Both the position numbers and the translations under genes were made by a program. Below are positions 18,090 through 27,900 of a stretch of 56,521 nucleotides of DNA, piece after piece (positions within the stretch are counted from its first letter, which is position 1; every line of letters starts with the position of its first letter). Under the pieces are notes generated by a model. It ran no database searches and had not been told where the DNA came from. It worked only from the letters and a program-made list of their open reading frames with translations. This stretch comes from a virus (Duplodnaviria > Caudoviricetes), in the IMG/VR virus record IMGVR_UViG_3300020152_000005, positions 1-56,521 of that record; one strand, written 5' to 3'.

Positions 18090-18985
18090 TCGCGGACCGG
18101 CTCAGGCGGTGCGCCCGCGCGCGACCATGCGAGCAGGCGGTAGAGGTCGTCGTTGTAGAGCTGCGCCGGCTCCATGTTAGCACCTCGCTCGAGCCCGCTG
18201 AAGAACGACGCCCAACCGCCGATATCCGGGTCCTCGAATTCGACGTCGCTCTTGCGCTCAGGCGGAGCGCCGAGCCGCTGCAGCCGCTCAGGTCCCGCCT
18301 CGTGCACTGCGCGGAAGAGCGCCGCGTCCCAGATCGGATCGATCTCGTCGACCCATGCGGGTGCGTCAGCGAAGCTGCGCGCCGGCGCGCCGGTCGGCGT
18401 CAGCACGTGCGCGTAGATCGCTCGGCGGTGCAGCGACGCCTCGACGAGCAGCAGCCGGTAGACGTCGCCGATCCTGCGCAGGCGACGTCGCAGCTTGCCG
18501 CGGCCGCGTCGCCAGCGCGGCCAGTGCTCGAGCTCGGCGGCCGCGGCCGCGTGCAGCCGATCGGCCTGCTGCAGGTCGCGCTCGAGCTCGCGCAGCCGGC
18601 TCGCGTGCGCCGCGATCTCGGCGAGCGCGTTGTAGCTGCGGCCGGTCACTTCGACGATGCGCGCCCCCAGACGTACGCGTACCGGCTCGCGCCGCAGCAG
18701 CTGCCGCGCGGCTTCCTGCTTCTCTCCATCGCGGTCCTGCGCCGCGACGAGCCCTTCGTTCCTGACCCGGTAGCAGTGCTTCAGCAGCGCCCAACGCTTC
18801 AACGCTCGTGGAAGCGTAGAAGGCTCGAGGCTCGTCAGCTCCTTCTCGACGCGATCCTCGAGCCTTCCGTCCGGCTCCTGAAGCCGCAGCGTCTTCTCGA
18901 GCTTCGCGCACCACTTCTGCAGGTCCGCGAGGCTGACGCTTTCCGGGTCGGCGGGCTCCTGCTCCTGCCGCCCGATCTCGATCAC
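18086..18985 (-). CDS. Probable tail assembly chaperone
   Basis: Position between the tail tube and tape measure genes. Confidence 0.55.
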   Translation of the reverse strand: MIEIGRQEQEPADPESVSLADLQKWCAKLEKTLRLQEPDGRLEDRVEKELTSLEPSTLPRALKRWALLKHCYRVRNEGLVAAQDRDGEKQEAARQLLRREPVRVRLGARIVEVTGRSYNALAEIAAHASRLRELERDLQQADRLHAAAAAELEHWPRWRRGRGKLRRRLRRIGDVYRLLLVEASLHRRAIYAHVLTPTGAPARSFADAPAWVDEIDPIWDAALFRAVHEAGPERLQRLGAPPERKSDVEFEDPDIGGWASFFSGLERGANMEPAQLYNDDLYRLLAWSRAGAPPEPVRE

Positions 18986-19329
18986 TTGCTGCCGCTCTTA
19001 CCGCTCGTGCTCGGGGAGCTGGCAGCCAGCTCGGCGGCCGACGTCGGCGTGCCGGTCACGGCCGGCGCGTTCGTCGTCGCCGCCATCGCCTCGTCGGCCG
19101 CCTTCTGCGCGTCCGTCGCGGCGCTCGTGTAGATCGCGGTGCCCGCCTCGCGCGCGGCCGCCTCTTCGTCGGCGCTCAGGATCTGCACCTTCGGCGGCTT
19201 CGTCGCGGCGAGCTCTTTCGCCTTGCCCGCGTCCACTTCGGCGAGGTCGCCGGGGAAGAGCCGGCGGTAGTGCCCGGCGATCTTCGTGATCCTCAGCGCT
19301 CGCACGACCTTCATGCCCTTCGTTGCCAT
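18982..19329 (-). CDS. Hypothetical tail-region protein
   Basis: 115 aa with a low-complexity C-terminus. Confidence 0.6.
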   Translation of the reverse strand: MATKGMKVVRALRITKIAGHYRRLFPGDLAEVDAGKAKELAATKPPKVQILSADEEAAAREAGTAIYTSAATDAQKAADEAMAATTNAPAVTGTPTSAAELAASSPSTSGKSGSK

Positions 19330-19460
19330 CGCTCGTCTGCTCCCGGTCGGGGTCCACTGCTCAGAACGGCCGCCAGCGGCCGCCGCTTGCGTCCTGCGCG
19401 TTACGGGGAGCTCGAGACGGCTACCGGGTCAGGCAGCCGCCTCGAGGCTCCTGCGGCCGC

Positions 19461-19982
19461 CTAGATCGCGTCCGTGATCGTGACCGCCGCCCCGGACGAC
19501 GGCCGCAGCGCGGCCCACGTCGCCTCGAGGATGACGTGCCCGTCCTTCTGGACGTCGATCGAGAGGCCCGCGCGCAGCTTCGTGCGCGCGAAATCGTAGC
19601 GCCGGTCGCCCGCCGGTCCCGGCGATTCGACGTAGAGCGCGTCCTCGCGCTGGCCGAGCGCGTTCTCGGCGATCGCGAGCACCTCGGGCGTCGGGACGGC
19701 TTCCTGCAGGTCGCCGGTCAGCGCGCTGTCCGGCAGGCCGAGCGCTTCCTTCATGTTCAGCAGGTCCGCGTAGATCAGCCGGACCGTGATGTCGACCCGG
19801 TCGGCCGTGCGGAAGATGTCTTCGAGCCAGTTGCTCTGACCGCTGTCGACCTCGTGATCGGTACCGCTGAACGCGATCGTCACGCCGTTCGGTGCGGTCC
19901 GCCCGAAAGGCACGTCGACGGTCGCGCGGATCGCGCCGACCTCGCTGATGCCCTGAATGACTGTCTTCCGTTCGTTCGCCAT
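19461..19982 (-). CDS. Major tail (tube) protein
   Basis: FGRTAPNGVTI resembles the GxTxxGV tube motif; strong AAGGAG RBS; synteny. Confidence 0.75.
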   Translation of the reverse strand: MANERKTVIQGISEVGAIRATVDVPFGRTAPNGVTIAFSGTDHEVDSGQSNWLEDIFRTADRVDITVRLIYADLLNMKEALGLPDSALTGDLQEAVPTPEVLAIAENALGQREDALYVESPGPAGDRRYDFARTKLRAGLSIDVQKDGHVILEATWAALRPSSGAAVTITDAI

Positions 19983-20018
19983 CGCTGCTTCTCCTTTCGG
20001 TGCCGCTCAGCGCGGCGG

Positions 20019-20438
20019 TCAGTCTACCTTGATCAGGTAGTCTCGCGATCGCCTGAGCGGCGGTGTCGCGTCCTCGTCGCGCGCGCCGAGCGCGCGGCTG
20101 TAGAACCTCTGCCCTGCGTACGTCCAGACCTTCTCGTCGAAGAGCTCGAGCAGCCGTGCGTCGATCGCCTCGAGCGCCGCGTCGTTCAGCCAGACGAAAA
20201 TATCGACCTGCACGCGGATCTCGCCGACCGGCCCCGCGATCACCTCGTCAGCCGGGAACGTCAGCGCAACCCTCGGAAAGTAGTCTTCCTTCGGCTGCTC
20301 GGATAGCAGATCGTCCGTCCAGCCGCGCTCGACGCGCGGCCGCGTGTTCGCCGGCGGGTCCTCGAAGCCGACGAGCAGCAGCAGCGCGGCGTCGCTCGCG
20401 GCGCGCTGGTAGAATCCGCGCTTCGCGTCTGCGTTCAT
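20019..20438 (-). CDS. Tail terminator/completion protein
   Basis: FPRVAL, RVQVDIFVW; synteny. Confidence 0.7.
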   Translation of the reverse strand: MNADAKRGFYQRAASDAALLLLVGFEDPPANTRPRVERGWTDDLLSEQPKEDYFPRVALTFPADEVIAGPVGEIRVQVDIFVWLNDAALEAIDARLLELFDEKVWTYAGQRFYSRALGARDEDATPPLRRSRDYLIKVD

Positions 20439-20872
20439 CCGGTCCTCAGAATCCGCTTCACCTTCGGCTTCGCCTTCGTCATCGCCGGTCGCACGTGCGG
20501 CCGCGGCGCGAGCCCTCGCTTCGTGCCGTACTCGAGCAGCTCGCCGAGCGAATGCGCGCCGACGCGCCGGTTCGTGAAGGCGGCCGCCATGACTGCGTTG
20601 CCGAGCTCGACGGCCGGCGTGCCGTGCCAGCTCGAGACGTAGAGGCCCTCGCGGATCGCCGGCGGCTCGCCCGGTGCGCTGGCGCGGTACGTCGCGCCGG
20701 TGCCGGGGATGCGGTACGTGCGCCCGGTCGGGTCGCTGTCGTTGATCGTCGTCACGATCTCGTCGCGCACGACGAGCGCGGCCGCCTCGAGCCGCGGCTT
20801 CAGCAGATCCTTCAGCCGTTCGATCGCGGCGTCGCTCTTGTCGACGTACGTCACCTTCGGGCTGCTGCTCAT
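20435..20872 (-). CDS. HK97 gp10-like neck protein
   Basis: ASAPGEPPAIREG, LEYGT..LAPRPHVRPA. Confidence 0.85.
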   Translation of the reverse strand: MSSSPKVTYVDKSDAAIERLKDLLKPRLEAAALVVRDEIVTTINDSDPTGRTYRIPGTGATYRASAPGEPPAIREGLYVSSWHGTPAVELGNAVMAAAFTNRRVGAHSLGELLEYGTKRGLAPRPHVRPAMTKAKPKVKRILRTG

Positions 20873-21273
20873 TCGAGCGCGATCTCCGCTTCGCTCAGGT
20901 CCGCCTCGAGGCCCATGCCCCAATCCCAGACGCGGCCGACCGCGAAGCGCTCTCGGCTGCGCGGCCCGCTCGTGATCTTCAGGTAGTCACCTTCCCGCAC
21001 GTCGACGCCGCTCTCGAAGACCGCCGCGAGCTCGCTGACACTCTCCTGCCCGGCCGCCGTCGCGCGCGTCATGGCGCTTCGCAGGCCGATCGAGCAGGGT
21101 AGGCCCTCGCGCACGACGACCGGCTTCCTCGTGTCGCTCTGGACGTCGCCGCCGCCGCCCTCGCGCCCGAAGCTCGAGCGGGCTTCCTCGCCGCCGCCTG
21201 CGCCCGCGCCCGCCGGTGCAGCGATCGAGCTGCGCCGGTAGACCGTCACGTGATGCAGCGCGCCGCCGCTCAT
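20869..21273 (-). CDS. Head closure / head-tail adaptor
   Basis: HHVTVYR, LPCSI, DVREGDYL; synteny. Confidence 0.7.
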   Translation of the reverse strand: MSGGALHHVTVYRRSSIAAPAGAGAGGGEEARSSFGREGGGGDVQSDTRKPVVVREGLPCSIGLRSAMTRATAAGQESVSELAAVFESGVDVREGDYLKITSGPRSRERFAVGRVWDWGMGLEADLSEAEIALE

Positions 21274-21632
21274 CCTCGTACGCTGCGCACGTTCGCGTAG
21301 CGGTCGCCGCCAGCCGCCGCGGTGATCAGCAGCTGAGCGCCTCGGTAGGCGAGCGCGTCGATCGGCAGCACGCCCTCGCGAAAGCTCTTCGAGAACGGTC
21401 CGCGGCTCTCGCTGTAGATCGTGCTCAGGTCGTGCGGGCTCGCGACGAGCAAGTTGACCTGCCGCGCGACGTAGCGATTCGCCGCCTCGAGCTCGTCGCC
21501 GGCGAGCGTCGCGTCGAGCTCGCGCAGCTCGAGCGCGTCGATCGCGAGCTTCTGCAACGCCTCGAGCTCAGGCGCGCTCTTCGCCTTCGCCTGCTCGCTC
21601 AGCAGCGCGTGTGCGGTGACGTCGATCGGCAT
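21270..21632 (-). CDS. Head-tail connector
   Basis: 120 aa, SESRGPFSKSF; synteny. Confidence 0.65.
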   Translation of the reverse strand: MPIDVTAHALLSEQAKAKSAPELEALQKLAIDALELRELDATLAGDELEAANRYVARQVNLLVASPHDLSTIYSESRGPFSKSFREGVLPIDALAYRGAQLLITAAAGGDRYANVRSVRG

Positions 21633-21775
21633 CCGTGCCCTCGTCTCAGGTTGAGGCGCGGGTCGGGAGCTGAGCGGTCAGCGGGTGCGAGGCGCTGCCG
21701 CTCAAACTCCCTTCCCTCGGCCGGTGCTCGGGCTGCATGGCTCAGCCCTGCGCGCGGCCTTCTCCGCTGCTCCGC

Positions 21776-22246
21776 TTACTCGCCGCCGCCGCCCGCGGCG
21801 TCGCCGATCGCCTCGAGACGCGCGTCGTAGATCCGCTGCGCGCCCGCGCGGCTGTCGCGGCTCTTGACCGCGAGCACCTGCTCGGCGCTCAGGCCCGCGA
21901 CCGCGTCCTCGAGGCCGTTGCGGATCGGCAGCTTCGCGATCGCGTCGGCGTCGAAGGTCCCGTCGCCGGCAGGCGTGCCGCCGGTGACCGCCGGGCCGGT
22001 CCGCGCCGCGCCCGGTGCGACCGCCGCGCCCGGTGCGACCTGCACCGTGCCGCGATCGCCGTCGCCGCCGAGCGCGCGCAGCGGCTCGACGTCGTCGCCG
22101 GCAGGCGTGAACGCGCCCTGCTTCGTCAGGTGCTCGAGCTGCGAGCTCGTCATGACCTCTTCCAGCTCGTCTTCCTGACCCGGCAGGTACGTCCGATCGC
22201 CGATCGAAACGGCCTGCCGCAGTGCCTGCTGCTTCTTCCTCGCCAT
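21776..22246 (-). CDS. Hypothetical protein downstream of the capsid gene
   Basis: 156 aa, AGGAG RBS. Confidence 0.7.
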   Translation of the reverse strand: MARKKQQALRQAVSIGDRTYLPGQEDELEEVMTSSQLEHLTKQGAFTPAGDDVEPLRALGGDGDRGTVQVAPGAAVAPGAARTGPAVTGGTPAGDGTFDADAIAKLPIRNGLEDAVAGLSAEQVLAVKSRDSRAGAQRIYDARLEAIGDAAGGGGE

Positions 22247-22273
22247 CTGAATTGCTCCTGCGTTCGGTCCGTG

Positions 22274-22314
22274 AAAGAAACCGGGCGGAAGGCGGTCTGC
22301 CCGCCCCCGCCCGG
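22274..22314 (-). terminator. Rho-independent terminator after the major capsid gene
   Basis: CCGGGCGG..GGCGG/CCGCC..CCGCCCGG followed by TTTCTTT. Confidence 0.8.
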
Positions 22315-22352
22315 AATCGTCTTCTGCGCTACGCTGCCCCTCGCGTGCTTCG

Positions 22353-23393
22353 TTAGAAGCCCGCGTTGACGACGTAGACGGCCTGCTCGATCGGCATCGG
22401 GATCGCGTTCAGCTGCGCCTCTTCCTCGAGCGTCTTCCCGTTGTTCTGCGGGTTGAGGAAGAGAGCCACGTCGTTGCGATTCACGCGCCGGTCCTTCGAC
22501 GCGTACTCGAATGCCCGCGCGACCGGCGCGAAGTGCGTCGCACCGACGACGCCCGAAGGCGGCTGGAAGAGCACGCGCCCGGTCGGCACGTACTTCGTCG
22601 GGGACGTGACGAGCGGGTTCGTCGTCGGCTTGTCGTACGTGCGCTCATCGATGATGACGCGCACCTCGCCGTAGCCTTCCTGCTCGAGAACCTGCTCGAT
22701 GTTGCCGGCGGTCACGCGCGGAATCGCGGTGCTCGTCGGCGCGGTCGCGACGACCGTATTCAGCGTCGCGCGGCGCATCCGAATCGCACCCACGCCGCCG
22801 AGCATGTCCTGCGCAGCGTCGAGGTGATAGACGAGACGCGCGTACGCGCCGCCGGTGACGACGTTCCACGCCTCGCCCTCGGCGACGTACCGCGCCGCGT
22901 CCAGACCGAGCGAGACGACGGTCGCTTCCTTCGTGACCGGATCGAGCACCGTGATCTGACCGAGCGCCCACGCCTCGAAGGCGTCGACCTCGATCTGCCG
23001 GTACGCCGCTCCGGCGAGGATGCTCGCCCACTCGTCGACGTCCTTCATGATGATCCCTGCCGCGACGCTGTCGACGCCTTCCGTGCGCTCCGTCAGAAGC
23101 TGCAGGTAGTGCTCGTCGAACGTGTGCTTCGGGTTGATCGGGATCATCTCGAAGTCCCGGCGAGGCGGCAGCACATCCGGGATCTCGTGGCCCTGCGCGT
23201 TCCACTCGCGCCGCAGACCGATCGGGCGGAATTCCCGCTGCGTGATCTCGCTGATGCGAATCGACCGCGTCTCGCGACGCGGGAAAATCGCCTGCCAGCG
23301 CAGCTGGTCCGGGTTGCTCGCGAGCCTCGTCTGCTCGCGCAGCGTGAGGTTCCGCCCCTGCAGCGCCTCGAGCGCGGGGAGCTGGTATCGCAT
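22353..23393 (-). CDS. Major capsid protein (lambda gpE-like)
   Basis: 346 aa after scaffold and decoration genes; IFPRRE, AIPMP motifs; followed by a terminator. Confidence 0.85.
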   Translation of the reverse strand: MRYQLPALEALQGRNLTLREQTRLASNPDQLRWQAIFPRRETRSIRISEITQREFRPIGLRREWNAQGHEIPDVLPPRRDFEMIPINPKHTFDEHYLQLLTERTEGVDSVAAGIIMKDVDEWASILAGAAYRQIEVDAFEAWALGQITVLDPVTKEATVVSLGLDAARYVAEGEAWNVVTGGAYARLVYHLDAAQDMLGGVGAIRMRRATLNTVVATAPTSTAIPRVTAGNIEQVLEQEGYGEVRVIIDERTYDKPTTNPLVTSPTKYVPTGRVLFQPPSGVVGATHFAPVARAFEYASKDRRVNRNDVALFLNPQNNGKTLEEEAQLNAIPMPIEQAVYVVNAGF

Positions 23394-23417
23394 GTTGGCT
23401 CTCTCCTGAGCTCGAGG

Positions 23418-23798
23418 TTAGATGAGGCGCAGGCCCGGCGTCGCCGCGATGCTGGCGAGCTCGTCTGCGGTGAGTACGCGACCGAGATTCGCCTCGATCG
23501 CCTGCCGGCTGAAGACGCCGGCGAAAAAGGCGTTGACCGTGTGATCGGCCGCACCGATTCGCACCGGCTCCGGTCCGACGAGCACGACGTCGCCCTGTCC
23601 TGCGCCGGTGATCGGCGCGCCGATCGCGCCCGTCGTGCGCAGCGGCGTACCCGGCTTCAGGTACCCGTCTGCATCGACGTTCGCGCCGAGCTCGCTGATG
23701 TCGGCCTTGATCTGGTGCACGGTGAAGTCGCCGCCACCGACGCGAATGTCGATGTAGCTCTTGTCTCCCGCCGTGCTCGATACGCGAAGCGGTGCCAT
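23418..23798 (-). CDS. Head decoration protein
   Basis: GYLKPGTPL motif; directly upstream of the capsid gene. Confidence 0.7.
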   Translation of the reverse strand: MAPLRVSSTAGDKSYIDIRVGGGDFTVHQIKADISELGANVDADGYLKPGTPLRTTGAIGAPITGAGQGDVVLVGPEPVRIGAADHTVNAFFAGVFSRQAIEANLGRVLTADELASIAATPGLRLI

Positions 23799-23841
23799 CG
23801 CGTTGCTCCTAGAGGTTCCGGTCTACTGTTTCGCGCGCCTG

Positions 23842-24564
23842 CTACCTGAACGCGAGATCGCTGTCGGCGTTCTTCTTCTGCGCCTCGGCGCGCGCCTGTC
23901 CGTCCTTGACCGGGTCGTACCCGCCTGCGCCGCCGCTTGCCGCGTTCGTCGCGCCTGCGCCTCGATCGCCGTTCGACGTCTTGAAGTTCGCCGGAGTAGC
24001 GCCGGCCAGCTCCTGCACGAAAGCGTCGAGCGCGTCCGTGCCGTCTTCGGCAGCGATCGGGATGTCCTTCCCGGCCTGCAGGATCGAGAGCTTCCCGTCC
24101 TTGTCCAGCTTCAGACGGTCGCGGTTCGCCTGTCGCTCGAGCAGCACCTCGGCGTAGGCCGGATCGACGTCCGCTGCGACGAGCTTCGCGATCGCCTTCT
24201 CGCGATACGTCTGCAGTTGCACGTCGACGACCTTCGTCTCGAGCGCCTTCTTCTCGAGCTTGTGCTTCTCCTTCAGGTCCGCGATCTCCTGCTGAAACTG
24301 CTCAGTGACCTTCGCGACGTCCGGCGAGCCCTCTTCGAGCTTCTTCGCCTTCGCTTCCGCCTTCGTCGCCTTCTCTTCGGCTGCCTCGAGCTGCGCCTCG
24401 ACTGCTTCCTTCTCGGCCGTCAGCTTCTCGGTCGCCTGAGAATGCCCGCGGTTGAAAATCTCCTGATAGATCGGCTGCGCGTGCTTCTGCAGAGCCTTCG
24501 CTACCGTCTTCGCGTCCGCGGTGCTCGGGTCCTTCAACGCCTCGAGCAGTTGCTCTCTGTCCAT
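23842..24564 (-). CDS. Capsid scaffolding protein
   Basis: Lys/Glu coiled coil with Gly-rich tail; synteny. Confidence 0.8.
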   Translation of the reverse strand: MDREQLLEALKDPSTADAKTVAKALQKHAQPIYQEIFNRGHSQATEKLTAEKEAVEAQLEAAEEKATKAEAKAKKLEEGSPDVAKVTEQFQQEIADLKEKHKLEKKALETKVVDVQLQTYREKAIAKLVAADVDPAYAEVLLERQANRDRLKLDKDGKLSILQAGKDIPIAAEDGTDALDAFVQELAGATPANFKTSNGDRGAGATNAASGGAGGYDPVKDGQARAEAQKKNADSDLAFR

Positions 24565-24709
24565 GCTTCCTCTTTAGCGGCTGGAGCTCCGGTGCGCTGC
24601 CGTCGAGCGCCGGCTCATTGACTACTTCGGCGAGCCGTGGAAACCGAAAACTGACGGCCTATGCACGTAACGGTATCAGCAAGCCTCGCGCGCGCACAAG
24701 AGCCGCGCG

Positions 24710-24973
24710 TCAGGGCTGCTCGGTCGGCCGGGTCCTGAGCCCGTCGAGCTCGTCGCCGAGATCGATCGCTTCCTGCAGGTCCGCGATCTGATCGTCGGTC
24801 GCTTTCTCGTACCCCTGCCAGCTCTCGTCTTCCTCGTCTCGAGCCCAGAGCAGCGGGTCGTCGTCGGTTACGATGCCGACGTAGACGCCGTCGCCGTACT
24901 CGGCGCGCATCGCCTCGAGCTCGAGGCGCAGGTGCTCGCGCTGCTCTGCGTTCAGCGGGTCGCGTCCGCTCAT
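24710..24973 (-). CDS. Small acidic protein, candidate immunity protein
   Basis: 87 aa, Asp/Glu-rich, ATGA-coupled to the MuF gene. Confidence 0.55.
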   Translation of the reverse strand: MSGRDPLNAEQREHLRLELEAMRAEYGDGVYVGIVTDDDPLLWARDEEDESWQGYEKATDDQIADLQEAIDLGDELDGLRTRPTEQP

Positions 24974-27900
24974 CTCGCCCTCTCGACCTTCATGACCTTG
25001 TCGAAGCCGAAGACCCACCACTCGTGCTCGTGCTCGTACCCGCCCGCGTGCCACCAGTACGAGCGCATGACGTCGTCCCAATCGAATTCAGCTTCGAATT
25101 CGTGCGAGCCGCCGTAGCTGCCGCGCACCGACGTCCATCCGGTTACGCCGTTGTGCCTGAAGACGCCGACCGTGCCGCTCGCCGGCTCTGGGATCTGCTG
25201 ATGCTGGAAGTAGTGCGAGACGCGCCGCCAGAGCTTCACCTTCGGCACCTGCAGCACCTCTTCGCCCATCGCTCGGTTGAAAGCGCGCTCAGCGCGCAGC
25301 GCGGTGATGACGTCCTCTTCCTTGAAGCGCCCGCCGCCCGTCAGCGCGTTGCGACCTGCCGCGAGAAACTGCTGCTGCTTGACCGGATCGAGGTTGATGT
25401 AGCCATTCCAGTACGTGTTGACCGCGCCGGCGTCGACGACGCCGAAAAACTTGAGGCCCATCGCCGCGTCGCTCTGCGCGCTGCCCTGCCAGCTGCGGTA
25501 CATGGCTTCGATGTGCTGCTCGATCGCGCGCGCCGTCGAGTTCTTCACGCCGCGCGCCTCGAGCTCGGCGATGACGAAACGCTGCCGCACGTCGCTCGCT
25601 CGCTTGCGTGCCGCCATCGCGTTCCGCGCGCCGTGGCCCTTCCCCTGCGCGATCGCCGCCTTCAGCTCGGTGACGTCGGACGCGACGAGCGTCTGCTGCA
25701 CGTGCGCGACCGCGCGCGCGACCTGCGCCTTCTCTTCCGGCGTACGCGCGGCCGCGCGCTTCAGCTTCGTCTTCTCGAGCAGATCCTTCATCTCGCGCTC
25801 GAGCCGGATCTTCTCAGCCGCGTAGTTGCGGATGTCGTCGCGCTTCTTCGCGAGCAGTTTCGACCGCGCCGCGAGCATGTCGACGATCTTCTTCCGGTCG
25901 GCGACGTCCCACTCTGGGAAGCTGCCGCGCACGTACGCGTCCCAACCGCCGAGCGCCTTCTCGAGCGCGAGGATCTGATCGATCTGCGCGATCAGGCGGT
26001 CGCCCATGTCGCCCGGCGTCAGGCCCGCCTTGCTGAAGACCGAGCTGTACGCCGGGTTCTTCGACATGAACGCGTCGTACTCGGTCAGCTGCTGCAGCAG
26101 GCTCTCCTGCTTCCGCCCGGCCTTCGCGCGCATCAGGAACGTGCCGCCCTGATCGATGCGCGCGATCCTGCCGTTCGCGAGCACGACGACGTTGTCGAGG
26201 CTCATGCCGACCGCGTCCCAATTCGCGGTAAGCATGTCGGCACCGAAGCCGTCGAGGATCTTGTCGGCGAGATCCTTCGTCAGGCCGAGGTCTTTCACGG
26301 TGCCCTTCACGTCGAGCAGCGGCGTCGCGTGCGCCCATTTGCCGTTGTGCTCGAAGACGACGCTCTCGGGTGCCTCGAGGCCGAGCCGGCGGTAGAGATC
26401 GTTCGCGAGCGCCTCGCCTCGAGCCTGCGCCGGGTCGTCGTAAAACTTTACGTACCGCCGAACGCCGTCCGTGCCCTCGTAGATCCCGCCGGGGTTCGAT
26501 CCGCTCTGGGGTCCGACCTGCTTTCCGAGGATCGTCTTCGCGTCGCCGGCGACGATCGGCCGCGGTGCGCCCGCGTCGACGGCGGCCGCCTTCACCTTCT
26601 TGCCCTTCACCTTCTGCACGGTCGCCTGCGCAGCGTTGACGCCCGCCGCCTGCGCTGGCGTCTGCGCGACATTCTGCGCGACGGCCGCCTTCAGGCCCGC
26701 CGGCGTCTGCGCGGCCTGCACGAGCAGTTGCACTTCCTGATCGAATACGCTCTTCGCCGCGAGCTCGGCCGCCGCGACGTCGCCGGTGTCGTCGAGCGTC
26801 TTCAGGTATGCCGCGTACTGCTTCTCGAGCGCGCTCTTGATGACCTGCACGCGCTCGTCATGCGTGAGCGTCTTCAGGTGCTTCGCCACTTCCGGCCCGA
26901 ACGTCTTGCCGGGCAGCGTCTTGCTCTTCGCGATCTTCTCGGCTTCCTGCAGCGCGAGGTCGAGCTTCTTCTTCGCTGCAAACTTCGCCGATGCCTTCTT
27001 GTTCGCGCCCTGCTTCGCAGCGATCGCCTTCTCGACGTTCGCGATCAGCGTCGCGATCGCCGCGTCGTACGTGTTCCCGCCGAGCTGCAGGTCTACCTCG
27101 AGCACCGCGCCCTGCTGCAGGTCTTCCAGCTTCGCGAGCATCGCCTTCAGCTCGGGCAGGCTGTTCTTCGCTGCAGCGATCTTCGACGCGTCGGCGATGT
27201 CCGCGGCCTGCGCGATCGCCGCGGTGCCCTTCTCTTTCAGCAGGTGCTCGAGCGTGTGCTTCGTGTCGTTGTACGACTGCAGCAGCTTCTGCGACCGCTG
27301 CTGCAGCAGCAGGCTGCCGCTCTTCGCCGTCTCGACGATCGCCTGCGACCATTTCGGGTCGCTCTTGAGCAGCTTCAGCTCGTTGAGGTCGCTCGCGTTG
27401 ACGACCTTCTGCTCGAGCTCGTCGAGCAGCTGCGCCGCGAGCTTCGCGGCCGCGGTCTTCTCGGCAATGACAGCCTGCAGCGACGTCTTTGCCGTCGTCA
27501 GCTTCGCGATCAGGTCGTCGAGGCCCGCCTTCTTCGCGAGCGCGATCGCGTCGTCGAGCTCGAGGCCGAACGCGTCCGCCTCGTCGATCGAGCCGACGAG
27601 CACCTTGCCCGCCTGCTCGAGCAGGCCCTTCGCCTTCGCCTGCGCGGCTTCCTTCGCGGCCGCCAGCGCCTTAGCCGCGGCGCTGTTCTTCGCGGAAAAC
27701 TTCTGCGATGCCGCCTTATTCGCGGCGCGGCGTGCGGCGAGGTTCTTCGTCGCGAGCTCGAGCGCTTCCTCGGCGACGTGCTGCGCGCCGGTCGCACCGG
27801 CCGCCTTCGCCTTGTCGATCGCGGCCTGAGCCTGCGCGATCGCGGCCTTCATCTTCGCGATGACGAGCTTCTCGGCCGCGGCCGCCTCGAGCGCCGCCTG

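Noticed and set aside
17931-19329. Programmed frameshift in the tail chaperone genes
   Set aside because: No slippery heptamer seen near the ORF ends; the ORFs are joined by ordinary stop/start overlaps
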